A stretch of DNA of 64,000 bases from Chlorokybus atmophyticus (GCA_009103225.1 RHPI01001965.1:15114-79113); one strand, 5' to 3'. Shown: positions 40,347-53,220, counted from the first letter of the stretch. A program made the numbers and translations. The notes: generated from the letters alone by a model not told the origin.

Positions 40347-43340
40347 TCAGCTATTAGCACCAGAGCTGTGCCTGCTGGGGCGCAACAAGTCTGTCAACTC
40401 TGCCATTAACAATGCTCGCGACCCTTTACCATTATGTAGCTGCTTCTGTTGTTGCTCTAGCTGTGCATGTAGACGCCAAGCAGCACCGTCTTCTATAATG
40501 GACTCTGAGGATGCCAACTCCTTGATGGCCTTGTACAAGACATTTCGTTTACCATATTGCTTGCACATACGCTTGTTGCCGCACCGCCAAGCAATTAGGG
40601 ACTCTGTGTCCATCATCCGTACTGTGGGACCCCCATCAATGCCGTGCACATACTCGGTCCACACATCAACAACGGTAGCCAAATTCACTGCCATCTGGTA
40701 CGGAGGGGGTGACGGCGCATCCACGGGCCCGCGCAGGTGTGGATCCTTGTGCGGCTGTGGCTGGGCGGCAACATGTGGTATTTCAACCCTTGCATCTTGC
40801 TCGTCGGCACGCCCATGACGGCAATGTCGTTTGCTCCGTTGCTGACGGTGGGGATGCACATGCTAAGTGGTGGTCTGCATTGGCGGCGAAGCTATGTGCA
40901 ACCCATTCGCAAGTTTACGCACGTAGCACTCCTTGACATGCACACGAGCCTTAATTTGTTGCAACTAGGAGTCTTGACTGTGATTGCTCGCCTTCAGCTC
41001 ATGCACGGACCTCTTCACCGACAGCACGGTATTTTGTGTCGCCTTCATGATGGCATGGTTGTCTTGCAAGATGACAGCTAGCTGTCAGACACAATTGTGC
41101 ATGTCAAAGGTGTTGCATGCTGTCTGATTATAAACAACTCCAATGCATAGTTCTATGTATGTGCAGTGCTTGAATTTGCGTACCCGATTCGGGAGTTCAT
41201 CGTATTGGGTGTTAGCGTCCACCATGGACTCATCATGCGACGCCACCACTTCGTCCGCCCACTCATCACAATCTGGCACCTTAAATAGCTTGTGTTCATA
41301 GACACGGAGTGTAGGGAAGCCAGCAACTATTTCTCCACATAGTTGCATCTGTTCTTAATGCATGATGGCGACATCCTGCAAGCATTGAGACATGCGTTAA
41401 AGCATGTGCGAGGCACACAAGTCAAGCTTGAGGACAGTCATCCACATACACACCTGCCCTACAACATCGCGCAAGTAGACCAGCAACTCTAAATGGTTGA
41501 TTGCTGCGAACTCCCGCTCTTAATCTCTGTCATGCAAACACCGCTGCAAGAGCAAAGTTCGCATGTGAGTGACATGTTCATATGCTGGAAGCCGAGAACA
41601 ACAACAAGCACGCGCACAAGAGAGCAAGCAATATCTTTCGCACATCATTCGACCAACTGCAAGCCAGGAAAGTCCTGAGTGCGGATGTTTTATGGCAAGC
41701 GCAACCATGAACAAACCAACACATGCTTGTTGGGGTGATTCAGGTGTCCGTGTCCTACAATGTAGTTGTAGATAAATACATGCAAAATCATTAGACCATA
41801 AGAGTGATGGTGCCGTTATTGAAACGCATGTTGCGACGTCCGGTTGTGTGATAAGACAGGTGAAATGATCATTATTCCATCGGCCATTCTGCTTCACACC
41901 ACTCTGTAGCCCTGCATCTAAGCAATGTTGGTTTATGTGCACAGCTTCACGTTGTCAACTAAGAAGACATATCCACACTCCCAATCTACTTACCAAGCGT
42001 CCATTGCCTGCTGTCATGATTCTTTGCGCGACGCGTGGACTGTGGACCTGCCCACAGTCACAATGCCGCATTCCCGGAACCCCTCGCACGCGTGGTTGTA
42101 TTGTTGTCTGTAGGTCAGGTGCTGACCCTCTTTCTCACCAGGGAATAGAGGCTCTCCATACCTAACACCGCATCAATAAGATGGGCACGCACTTGCACAC
42201 TACCGCCCACACCAGCACGCACCAGGTTGCCCGTGATGTGAAGTCAAAGAATGGTCGCTGCAGCATATGGTACTTGTGAAACCAATGAAATGCAAGCGCG
42301 TTGTGCCAATTTCGATTAAACTCCAGTGGCGCAGACCTCCGAAACATTCCGTGTTGCCATTCTATGCACAAGCATAACAACAGCCGTGACCATGAAACAC
42401 GAAAATGTCGAATGCCACAACATGATCGACAAATGTTGATAAGTATCTTGTTCATCATTCCATTCCGGAATTTTAAACGAATCATGACACGAAGGTCCGG
42501 CCTTGAAGAGTTCTCAAAAATTGAGTAGCTATGGAAGTCACTCTTCGCAAGCCCTTGCCACGTCGCCGCGCGTGAGGCATGTATGTCGCAGCGCTAGATC
42601 CAACCTGCATGCTGCACATTTATCACACATTGTAGACCTATTAAGCAAACATAGCGTGCTGTCATCCTTACCTTGCCCTCAAAGCCGCCTCTTGCTTGGG
42701 TATGTTATTGATAACAGCAGCTTGGCCAACCAATAAGCATTCATATTGAGAAAGTCCACAGGTGTATACGCCTCTGCACCAGTACCTGCTAGCCGATCCT
42801 TGAACTCCCTATGAACAACTTGCTTGTTTATAGAAATCAAATAAACTCACTGCCTGGTTGGATGCGACTAGCAAGTCAGCAAGTTACCTCTTTGCTCTTC
42901 CAAAAACATCTCCGCGAGCATTCGTTAATATTATCTTGATAGTATGGCTCTCACGCAGAGCAATAGCTGTCACACCTGCTTGCAAGAAACGGTCTTTGGC
43001 AGCGTCTTGCAGACCTTTAATAATGTTCTCTAACTTATGCCAAGTTTCCTGTTAATGCTCTAACATGAACCGCTTACAAGTGCTGATGTCGACATGCCGC
43101 TGGTGACCATTTTTCTCACACCATTCCTAACACAACATTGTGGGCAACATTGTTAATAGTCTGCTCAATGCAGCTGTATGCACTCATGTCTACCTGGTAG
43201 ATCTTGACACCTCTCATGTACTTCACTTTGGTGTTTGCCGGCCGCTTTTCATGCTTGCGGGGTATATACTCTGGTATACCAGGTGTTTTAGTGGGTGCGC
43301 TGCCAGCATGCTCTAGTGCATCTGCTTCTTCATCGCTCAT
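40347..43340 (-). mobile_element. Crypton-like tyrosine-recombinase DNA transposon (YR/NDC10-II-like domain plus GCR1_C), with introns, degenerate
   Basis: N-terminal KRPANTKVKY; spliced ALRA|RLDLALRHTCLTRGD (catalytic R region); GMFR...ALAFHWFHKYH...FFDFTSRATW; LTYRQQ...GIVT..TVHASR (H-x-x-R); GRWN; FPTL...HKLF; and GCR1_C-like YQMAVNLATVVDVWTEYVHGIDGGPTV...W...Y.KR. Stops and frameshifts are present. Confidence 0.85.
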
Positions 43341-43492
43341 GCAAGCTTGCTGTACACATGTTTATCATCTATACAATATGATCCAAACACAAGTGAAGCG
43401 AGTAGTCGCGAAATCATACTTGTGAAGATGCACTGACTATAACAATAGCCAATGGAAGCCATAGAATGGCAGCGCCTGTGTGTTGGCTTGTG

Positions 43493-44954
43493 TCAGGTGG
43501 TTGGTGTTGAGAAGCGTGCACAGCTGCTGCACTTGATGCCGGTAAAGCACAGAGCTAATGTGCAAGCAGCCCCGTTGTGGCCACATCTATGTTTACTGTA
43601 GGCAAAGGTACACGGCAAAGCTGATGGCGTGTAAGTAGCAGCCCTATTGTGGGCACATCTACAATTGCTGTAGGCGCAAACGAAGGTAACCTTTTCAAAC
43701 TTCCAAGGAGTTTGGCACTTTGTGAAACTGTGCGCCAAGCCATAGTCCAGCATATGCGTGAGCTAAGCATGCACACAATTACCTACGTTGTTGTCAACCA
43801 ATGCCGCAATTGCCAACACACAAAACACTAGTGCACGACAAACACAACCACGCTCGTGTAACCACTGTAAAAGACACACAACATGCATACGCACACACAT
43901 ACTCGGCCACTTTAATGCACACAACCTATGCACGCACGCACAACGCTGCAATGATTGTCAGACTCGAATAACAACAAGCACGCACAATTATGATGACTCC
44001 GCAACTGCCACTCAGTCACACACAGTTATGTACATGCAGCGACTGCAGATATACACATGCTCAACAATTAACACGCACACACAGCTGAGTAAACGATGCC
44101 GAACGCATCAGCAGTGACGAAGCGACTGCCATACACACGCATAACATATGCAAGCACACACTGTGACTTAGCGATTGTTGAAACACACTACAACAAACGT
44201 GCCACAACTCAATGCAGGTAAGCTTACCTGATGTACAAGAAGAAGGTATGGACAGACCACCCTGAGGAGAGCATCCTGCCTAACGCAGGCATCGGCCTCG
44301 TCATGATGGTCGAAGCCAACTACCTGTCACGGGCAGGTTGGTCAGTGTCACGGTGCAGTGAGGTCATGAAGCATTCACAGCACCTGACACACGACATTAC
44401 ACATAGTGTCCTCCTTTAGATAAACGTGGCTCTCTACCCAGTGTCACACAGTGCTTACCTCGTTGCCAATCTTCCACTTGCTTGGGGAAGGGTTGCTAAC
44501 GGCCGAGGTTGCTACATCACGGCCAAATGCTTTTGGGTTTGGGGTTCCAATCGACCCTTTGCAAGCACAACCACATGACTCATGCTGCTAGCTATGAAAG
44601 ATGCAACCCTTACAGTTGAGCAAGAACAACACCATGCACAGTGTATCCGGAACGCATGCAGTGAGTCACTGTGCCAGTCATGAAAGAAGCAAGCATCAAA
44701 GTTTGAAGTTGAGCAAGAAGCAATGTGCACAGTGCATCAGAAACGCATGCATTCTAGCTTGCCCTTGCAACTGCGGTGTCAGGTGGAGTTGTTGTGATGG
44801 GTTGGGCGTTAGTGCGGGGACTTTGCTGCGATTGGTTGGCCAAGAGTGGCTGCGGCTGGTTGGCGACAGTTGCCTTGTTGATCACTGGGGGCAATGTGGA
44901 CTTGGGGCGCCGACCTCCACGACGAGGTGCACCTGCAGATGGACCACGAGGCAT
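43493..44954 (-). pseudogene. Copy 2 of the unknown divergent gene, with a different 3' part (Cys/His-rich exon 43760-43493)
   Basis: MPRGPSAGAPRRGGRR starts at 44954, and homology to 3442-4168 ends at 44291. It continues ...VHQ|GTAAG, a CA-rich intron, then an exon with two repeats of AYSxxRCxHNxAA. Confidence 0.4.
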
Positions 44955-45114
44955 CTCTAACTGATATTCGGGTGCCGCCTGCTTAGCTGATGGTGGCGCT
45001 GCCAGGTGGCCCGCCTATATGTATGAGGCGCGAAAACGAAAATGAGGCGATTCTAAACGTCTAGTGTCCCGCATTAGAGTTGCACTTCAAGTTGTAGTGC
45101 GTCTTTCTCCTATG

Positions 45115-45280
45115 GTTGATGGTACGACTTATGCATTCGTACCATCCATGCTTCGTACAACCAAGGGTAACAATGGCCTGGGCGTAAGATTAATGGTACG
45201 ACAGAGGCATCTCTCGTCCAACCCCAGCCATTGGCGTACTATGGCTCTGTCGTACCATTCATGGTACGACAGAGGCATTG
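45115..45280. repeat. ATGGTACGA hairpin array, copy 2
   Basis: Perfect stem CTCTGTCGTACCAT-TC-ATGGTACGACAGAG (45245-45274); further ATGGTACGAC copies at ~45119 and ~45193; TCGTACCAT at ~45137. Confidence 0.9.
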
Positions 45281-45329
45281 CTCGACCAGCCCTAACGGGA
45301 GTTAGCGTGCACTCACCCAAAGAGCTTCA

Positions 45330-48300
45330 TTGATGGCCGGATGATGGCACGCAGGGGCATCATGTGGATGACGGCTCAAATGTCAGGCATAGTGGACCTG
45401 GGTTCGAGTAGGAGGCGGAGGACTAGGAGTAGGAGGCGGCGGCGGCGGCGGCGTGGCACATCTTGCGAGAAGTTGTGGTCGTAAGATATCAAGCAGCGAA
45501 GCCAACTAATAGCGGGCGCCACGGTATGGATTATGGCAGGCGTCAGCAATGGGGCTGTCAAACATGCATCACCAACATTGAACAACCCAGCAGGCCATTG
45601 AGGACCATCTTCACACATAGAGCTGCTTGGTGGCTCGCTTTCTGCAACAAGGAGTGCAATCAGGAGCTGCAATCTTTAAAGGCCCTTGTCCGAACCATGC
45701 GGGACCAATTGCGACTGTGGGAACCAGCACAAAAAAATGCAGAGGTACGCTCAACAATCTCATGCATTTCCTTGCAAAAGCAATTTTTGTTTTTTGCGCA
45801 GTTCATGTGTCACATGTAGCGTGGCTGCAGGCCTCCACTATTCATACCCACCCCACAGTCAAGCTGACATTGCGGAAGCCAGAGCAGATAGACAGAGCTG
45901 GGCGGCGGTATGTTGTTGCCAATACCGCTGTGCATGTTGACTGCATGCACCTCGAATGCATGCCTACCTTTGCATGCTAAGATGTACGTGAGTGTGCGAA
46001 GTCGCACGTGCGTGCCGAATGAAGTAGGCTGCGTTTGAGCACAAGCCCGCGTGGCCATTTGTCTGGCATTCAACCAGTAGTGCATCAACCAGCAATGACG
46101 TGGTCCATGCAATGATTCGCGCATCAACTAGCAATGCCGCAGGTGACTATTGCAATTGCAGTGTTGCAAGCATGCAGCAAACCCACATGTGATTGGTTGA
46201 CAGCACCACAGTGCATTCAATCCCATCAATTGGTCCTTCAATCCCACTTGCTGATGGGCGCTGTAACGGGAGGGTACATTATATTACTACAAATCGACAA
46301 TAAAAGCACCAAGTCTTTTGTGGTCGAGTGGGCTATGACATTGGTCACCGGAGCTTGAGACCCGGATTCAATTCCTGCCTTGCACACGAATTCCGCGATC
46401 GTTGTTTTTGGATCGAATAATATCGTAAATGGTCACTTTATAAGTGCCATCATAATAGGTCGCGACTTGCCTACTGGCAGTCGCGTCGGACTGACCAGTT
46501 CAGTCGGCGCGGCAAGACGCGACCTGCCTGACGCGATGCGACCTGTGGGGCCAGCAACGGTGCGCTATGCGCGCATTGACCGGTATGGGCCTAAAATGGC
46601 CGGTCCTTGGGTGGTGGGGCCGGTGACCGACCTAAATCAGACCCCCCGAAAGATTCCCCAGCTGATGGGCGCCAGCTGCCGAGGTCGTCAGCGTTCTTAA
46701 GTGGGGGGGAATGTAACGGGAAGGTACATTAAATTACCACAAATCGACCATAAAAGCACCAAGTCTTTTGTGGTCGAGTGGGCTGTGACAGGCGCGGCGG
46801 CAATGCGGCATCAGTTTAACATGCATGTTGGCATATTGAATCCCGACATGTCCATTGGGGCAGTGGCGCACCCTGTGCCCATGGCTTACGAGCTCCATAA
46901 CGAGTTTGCGATTGAGGGTGGGGATAGTGCACCCAATACCACCTTGTCAGCCCCCATGGCTTCCCCGGCTCCATGCAGCCAACGGGCCATTGAGGCAAGT
47001 CGCTGTCTTTTATGCTTGTGCCTTGGTAACAATGCGTCAGGCACTGCATAAGCTTATATTCGTCCTTTGCAACATTGTGAGCCATCTTATTTTGGGTCCT
47101 ATATACAACCCCCCTTGCAACATGCGCAGGTAGTCTCACCTGCCGCACCTGCTCCCCTCGCAGTCAGAGCGCATCCACCTTCCGCGGCACCAGTCCTTCA
47201 TGCACTGCCGTCTCCTCCACGAGCAGCACCGGTGATTGCGGGGCAACAATCCTTCTTGTTGCAACCGGCGAGACCACAGCACAATGCAACAACCGATGTG
47301 GCTTCTGCACCTACCTTACCCCACTTGCTGCAAGTTGAAGCCGGCAGTCTGCCCCAAGCTCAGGTACTTGAACAGTCACTGTGACTCTTGCCGTAAACAG
47401 CTGGCTACACCAGTTGAGTGCTGTATGCGCATGCAGCAGGGGTCACCACCTGCCAGCGAGTCAGCAGAGGAGCTGGCCGCAACTCGCATATGGCCATCAG
47501 TTGTGCTAGGTGGCCAGCTCGCCTCATGGGACCATTTCAATGCGCCAACGAATGGAAATTGCTTCTACCATTGTGTTTTGCGCCAGGCCATCCATAGCGA
47601 ATGATCACAAGTGCCCTAGCGGATTTTGAGCCATGCTGGACACCATGGACGACAATGGCAGGGGGGACACTCTCCGCAAAATCACCGCAAAGGCTGTCGA
47701 TGCAGATGTGGCGAGCGAAATCTTAGACTTTTGCAGAGCCACTGGTGCCGCGGCAGAGATGGCGCAGTATTACAATAAACTGCCTGCGACCATGTTGGCT
47801 GATGTCAATTGCAACATTGACATAGCCATGGCTAAGGTGCGACAGATCGTGCGGAGAAAGAATGTGTGCGTGGAGCACCTACAGATGACCATGTTTGCCA
47901 ACAAGCTGGGCTCTTGATCTTGTTAATTGGCTGCGTGACCGTTCAGCGCGAGCATGGGGAGTGGATGCCACGGCCCGGCAGCGCACTTTGGGTTGAAAGT
48001 AATAAAGCCCCCAACTCAGTCCTGATGGTTGGCAACACTACTCGAGTAGTGCTCGTTAGGAGCTCCTAACGAGCCAGAAGCACACTTTTGGCTCCTAAAG
48101 CCTGCAAGCACCGCCTATGCATGAAGTGCCACCGGAGGTAACAGACCTAATCGCAGAGTGGCGGCATGGCATTGCCAATTCCCCGTTACTACAGGCTGCG
48201 ACCTAAGGTGCTGCGTCAACGCCTCAGGCCTCACCTTTGTGTGCTAGGCAAGAAGTAGCCGACTGATCTGCACATCCTACCTCCCCTCAACCACAGCCAC

Positions 48301-48760
48301 ATGCTCGCAATAACAATTTAGCACCCTCCCTTCCTGCTGCGGAGACTCACTTGCCACCGCACTCTGACCATCCGGAGGCATCTCTATAAAAAAGCAGCGG
48401 TAACTAGCCCTCTCCCTCTTATCTTGCCACATTGATCCCAGCTTGTCTTATTGGTAAAGAGATTGATCGAGGTGTCCTGAAAGCTGCGCTCAAAGACAAA
48501 GGCTTCATGCTCGACCTCATGAAGCAACATGAGGTCGTGGAGGAACGGGAGGCAACCAACAAGCGCAAGGCTGTGGAGCAAGAAGATAGCGCCTCACCTC
48601 CTGTTAATGACAGTGCCACGGATAGCGCCGGCTAAGATGTGCAGGTTGACAAAAAGAAAACAAAGAGGAAGGTTGTGGGAAGAAGGGACGCTGACAGGAC
48701 CAAAATAGTTAAGGTGAGGCATCGTTACAATGTAGTTAGAAGAAGCACAGCGCCTTGAAG
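45330..48760 (+). pseudogene. OTU-like gene copy 2, disrupted
   Basis: APTNGNCFYHCV (D to N at the motif) near 47545-47580. The ORF is broken into 47236..47604, 47633..47917, 47866..48069 and 48432..48635, and a TRIM has inserted upstream. Confidence 0.75.
46262..46790 (+). mobile_element. TRIM (terminal-repeat retrotransposon in miniature), complete, 529 bp
   Basis: 79-bp LTRs at 46262-46340 and 46712-46790 (TG...CA, about 5 differences); 5-bp TSD GGCGC on both sides; TGGT-starting PBS-like site after the 5' LTR; G-rich PPT before the 3' LTR. The empty site, with a single GGCGC, is present in copy 1 (~2020-2030). Confidence 0.95.
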
Positions 48761-48829
48761 CCTCACTGGGGCTGATTGTGTGTCCGGAGTAGGCACAGGC
48801 AGGTTTACAGCGTCATATGGCTGCTCAGC

Positions 48830-49620
48830 ATCGTTCAGAGCGACAGCCGGTGCGGCACGATCTGCCTAAGCTTAAAGCACCGACGCACAGACGCTTGAGG
48901 GGCTGACTCGTAGTGCAAAGGAGTTGATCGCCCTACAATACGCCCAAGATGCGCTGCATTACCACATGCGGCATGCCTCGAGGTGGGTGACAAAAATATA
49001 CCATAAGTGGGAGCAAACGCGGAGAGTGCGGTCTAAACAGACCTCTGGGGATTGGCCGTGGTTGGAACCCAAACACGACATGGCCATCCGTAGTACGTTG
49101 TTGCCCTCGCCGTCCTCGATATGATGGTATTGTTGCTGCCGCAGCAACCCGGCAATGTGCTATCCGCGGAGCGGAATTTCGACCTGCTGCAACAGTTGTA
49201 CCTGTTGATGTCGACTGATGCGGGTCGAGATGTGTGCCACTACCTGAGCAAACATATTAAGTGGCAAGTAAAACTATTCGAGCTGTACTTGGCATGCTTT
49301 GGCTGGCAGTGGCTGTATGTCACACGGCACGTTGAGCTGATTCTGTGAAAGCTCGAAGAAGATGGCGATGCGGGCGATTACACGAGTGACGACAGCCATG
49401 TCAAGGGCCTGGATGTACGCATGCTAGACGAGACCACCCAGACCAGCAGGTGGTGTATGGCGGCAGATGGGCGTGAGGTGATCGAGCAGGCAATGGAGCG
49501 TTATGCTGCGCCATTTAGATGGGAGTCGCTGCGCCTGCAAAGCGATAACCGAGTTTGGTAGCAGAGGCAGCTTGCACATCCGCGTGCACCATGGGTGCTA
49601 AATTGTTGCATTAAGCCCAC
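48830..49620 (+). pseudogene. Unknown coding-like relic continuing the duplicated module
   Basis: Broken coding-like frames (ALQYAQDALHYHMRH..., VVALAVLDMMVLLLPQQPG...WQVKLFELYLACFGWQWLY...) interrupted by stops. No family recognised. Confidence 0.3.
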
Positions 49621-50789
49621 CCCCCCCAGCGGATGGCGCCTTGTTGCAAGCATGTGATGTGCCATGTTTGCATCATATACCAGCAAAAGCACGTGGCAAA
49701 TAAATCAAAGGAGCTACAAGCGTGTCCCATGTGCAAGCAACCTCACCCGTTTTGGTCGCCACGCCTGCTGCAAGACGCCATGTATCGGCGGTGATTTGGC
49801 CCCCGCCTTGATGACAATTGTGCATGTACTGTAGTTTTGTGCTGAACACCTGTGAACCATGTAGGTACATGTATAGTTGCAGCATGGTGCATAGTGCACC
49901 CGAGATCTGCTGGTGTCTTCTGAACACCGGAGAAGCATTGGCTGTACATGTGTATGATGATTGCCCTGCGCATGAGTCGGTGCATCGCTTGCATACCTTG
50001 CAGGTTTAAAGCATGGTTGACAGCAACAAAATGGGACAGCGCTTTGGGTTCCATGGAATGACAGCACAGTATTACTTTACGATCATCGTAGTATGCGAGT
50101 ATCTTTGTACTGTAGTACCATTAATGGATGGAGTACCATTCGTGTTGATGTAGTACCACGCATGGTACTGTAATGCCGTGCATAGTACAGTTGTGCTTCT
50201 TGAAGTGTGACTCATGTAGGATTCGTAAGCTGGCAACCCTAACTTGATGCCGATACCCTAAAGTCTCGCTCAGTTTGTGGGCGGCCGTGCCGATTCATAT
50301 GTTGCATGATGCCGTCGGCAGCAGTACTAGTAGTTGGAGACGTCTAGTGCATTGTTATCACATTGTGCTATAGTTGAATACGACATGACATAAATACGAG
50401 TATTTTATAGTATTTTTACATATTCAAGAACCAAAGACGATTCATAATTATGTGTAGTATGACAATGCATTGCACTATGTGCTGTCACCAATAACAGCAA
50501 ATTGCAACGTATGCAACCATTCCCAAGGTTACATACTTTATCTCAACCGCCGTGTGCAGCGCAACTTCTTCTTCTTAATAAAGTGTGTACACACACAATA
50601 TGTAAGTGCAATGCATCAATGCAATTGCATCATGTAAGCACCGAACTTTTCAATATGATAATATTTGTAATAATATTTTAAAAGTATTTTCACTCATTAG
50701 GTAAATACAATGAAATACCAGTATTATTAAGGCGAGTTGGATGGTATGATGCAACTAGGCATAGTGCGTACAAGCACTAGTGTGTTCAG

Positions 50790-52239
50790 TGGTAGCAGCA
50801 TCAAGATAGCTTTGTAGAGCATAGACACTCTACCCTTCATACACTTTTACCCTCGCATTATCTGTATGAGCAGGCCCACCCCGTTCTCGCCAATAGACGA
50901 GGGAGACCTCAGCAGCTGGAGCCCAACCTAGTAACTCACCTACCGGCGAGCAAATGAAGGAAGCAATTACCATATCAGATGAGGCTCGCACTCCGTCTCC
51001 GGCTTTACCTCCTCTCGTTTCACTCCTCGACAGCAAGCTTCTCCACCTCCTTTGGACAATGACGACGAAGAGATGGAGCCTTCCAGCTCAACCACCTCCC
51101 CGCGCTTCTCTGGACGTCGAGGGACCACACCACTCAATGAGTTCATAATCAACTTCCACTCCAAGATGCGGCAGCAAGCCCTAAAGAACAAGGAGTGGTC
51201 AGATGAGGTGTTGATGCATATCATGGCTCAGTATCTTGATTATGAGGCACATGATGTGTGGAAGTCCATTAATGAGTTGCAAAGAGTTAATGGCTATAGC
51301 GAGCTTGCCAGCACCATAGCATTCACATCAATGCACAGCCCAGCAATTGCTGCCCTAGCAGCAATGGCCCCTCCATCATCAATCATTGGTCGAGCGTTGG
51401 CGGCAGCTATGCAACAGCAAGCAGAGGATACAAAAGCCGAGCTGGTTGTTGCCTATCAAACCCCTGCAGGGATTGAGGCCAAGAAGGCCGCCCAACGGGT
51501 CAGGATACTTGAACGCACCGCTGCCATCATCGAGAAGCAAGTGCAGCTTTGTAAATGGGCGCATCTCCACTACTAACACCTGGGTCACGAGCTCTAGCGG
51601 GAGGCATTGTCTTCACCCTTGGGTCGGTGGCACTACGTGCACCAGCCATCACCGTTGGGGCTACCATGTCTGACTCTCCGCTCAAGGACCTCTACGCTGC
51701 ACAGCGGGGCACCTGCGAGGGATCCTGAGAAGGATCCTCGCACCACAAACCAACAACAAGGTGGAGGAGTTGAGGCGCTTCCAATGGAAGCCCAATAAGG
51801 ACCCTCTCCGGCTATAATTTCGGCCGAAAAGATTGCTGAAAAATATTGACTACAAGATTGTTGGTGAGGAGGCAGCCGCGGCATACGTGGCTGAGTTGGA
51901 CCCCACCCTTAGTGAGTCGACGCGCAACTGCAGCAGGCCCATCGGCTACACCGTCAAGGAAGCTTTTGAGACCGCACAAGCCATTCACATGCGTGCGGTG
52001 TATGAAAGTAGTGTTGGACAACAACCGAAGTGCATCACGGCCATGGCAAGCTCAAATGCAGACCCCCTCGGCGAGACCAAAGTTGGGACGCTTCAGTCCC
52101 TGGGAAAGTTGGCATGACAGTTAAAGTTTGTCATATGACAAAGATTACAGCCTTGAGCACCAACCAACAGTTATATGACATCAAAGTTGCCATATTGCAA
52201 ATGTTTTGGCAGGGTGCGAATAACATCAAGGTAAGGTCT
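50790..52239 (+). mobile_element. LTR-retrotransposon 5' remnant: PBS-like site and gag-like ORF, truncated
   Basis: ...TTCA-G-TGGTAGCAG at 50787-50798 resembles an LTR end plus a Met-tRNA-type PBS. ORF 51052..51576 has the gag-like PRFSG...LNEF...F...AQYL..EA..VW. The sequence is cut at 52240 by the shared terminus. Confidence 0.55.
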
Positions 52240-52355
52240 TCGTCGTAAAATGTTTTCCCTGCCGGCCAACTAGATATTGGCAACGGCCGTGCCCCTGAGG
52301 ATACTCAGCAAAACGGTCGTGGCTCAATCCACCGGTAATCTCGATACAGGGACCT
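52240..52355 (+). mobile_element. Terminus of the unclassified element (partner 5976-6091)
   Basis: TCGTCGTAAAATGTTTTCCCTGCCGGCC...GTAATCTCGATACAGGGACCT. The downstream CCTGACAGGCACCTG (~52530) matches the reverse complement of the 53-bp repeat core. Confidence 0.7.
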
Positions 52356-53220
52356 GAGCATAACAATTGTCACCATCGGTCGGTGGCCGTATACAGGAAG
52401 GGCCTGACCCTAACTGACACGTACCTCTCAAATACCCATCACTCAAGCAAAAGAGACTTAACTTAACTAACAAGTAACTAGCCGATATCTAACAATTAGG
52501 TACCGGCGACCGTACACTATATGATTGTGCCTGACAGGCACCTGATGGTATCATTATATTACCAGCCATTATTAATGTGTACTATTAAAGGTACATGTTA
52601 GTACCGCTTGATCATGATTATGCATCACACAATGATTGTCAGCAATTGTGCAAGACGGTGATAAATAATACATTTATAATGCCAATAAAGTTTTCCATGT
52701 TACAATGTAAACTTTGGTGAGCTACTACTACTATTACTGCTAGTACAACTAAGCTACATTTAGTACTACTACCCTTGTACTAAGCTGCCGCTCTTGCACC
52801 GCCCGCCACTGAAGCTGGCAGCTCCGCCGCCGTTGTTTCTGCAAAGCACACAAGGCGGTTAAGGCAATCAAACAAGCGCAATTAACAGTAACATACACAC
52901 CTACATGATGTCGCTTGCCATGTATCGCCACCGCCGCCGCCTAGCCTGGCCTGGCCTGGCTTGGCCGCCCTATGGTACAAAGGGTGTTTAGCCTGCCTGC
53001 GCTGTTGCGCATAACACAACGTTATAATATACCGCAATTAAGCTCACCTACTGTTGGCCACTGCCGCCGCCGCCACCACCACCGCCGCCGCCGCAGCAGC
53101 TGCAGCGCTGCTACCCCTACATAACGCTAATAAGTCACTTAAGTCAAGTGTCAACTTGAATTAAGCCGTTGAGCTTTTGAATTGCTGCCGAAGACACGAT
53201 GGCACAATCGTACCGTTTTG

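Larger units (their letters stand above)
44291..48818. repeat. Copy 2 of the large inverted duplication
   Basis: Reverse complement of 1-4168, with a 529-bp insertion and an ~80-bp deletion near 44440. Confidence 0.95.

Noticed and set aside
1-48818. The inverted copies as terminal repeats of one ~49-kb composite transposon
   Set aside because: The outer ends are not visible, no TSD is seen, the copies have diverged by roughly 10%, and the enclosed DNA includes ordinary housekeeping genes.
50060-50788. AT-rich block as the partner LTR of 6903-7962
   Set aside because: No sequence similarity to that LTR and different termini; the gag and integrase remnants appear to belong to different elements.
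52700-52745. CTAG|T at 52740-52744 as a Helitron 3' end
   Set aside because: There is no GC-rich subterminal hairpin and no equivalent end in the 5.3-6.1 kb copy.
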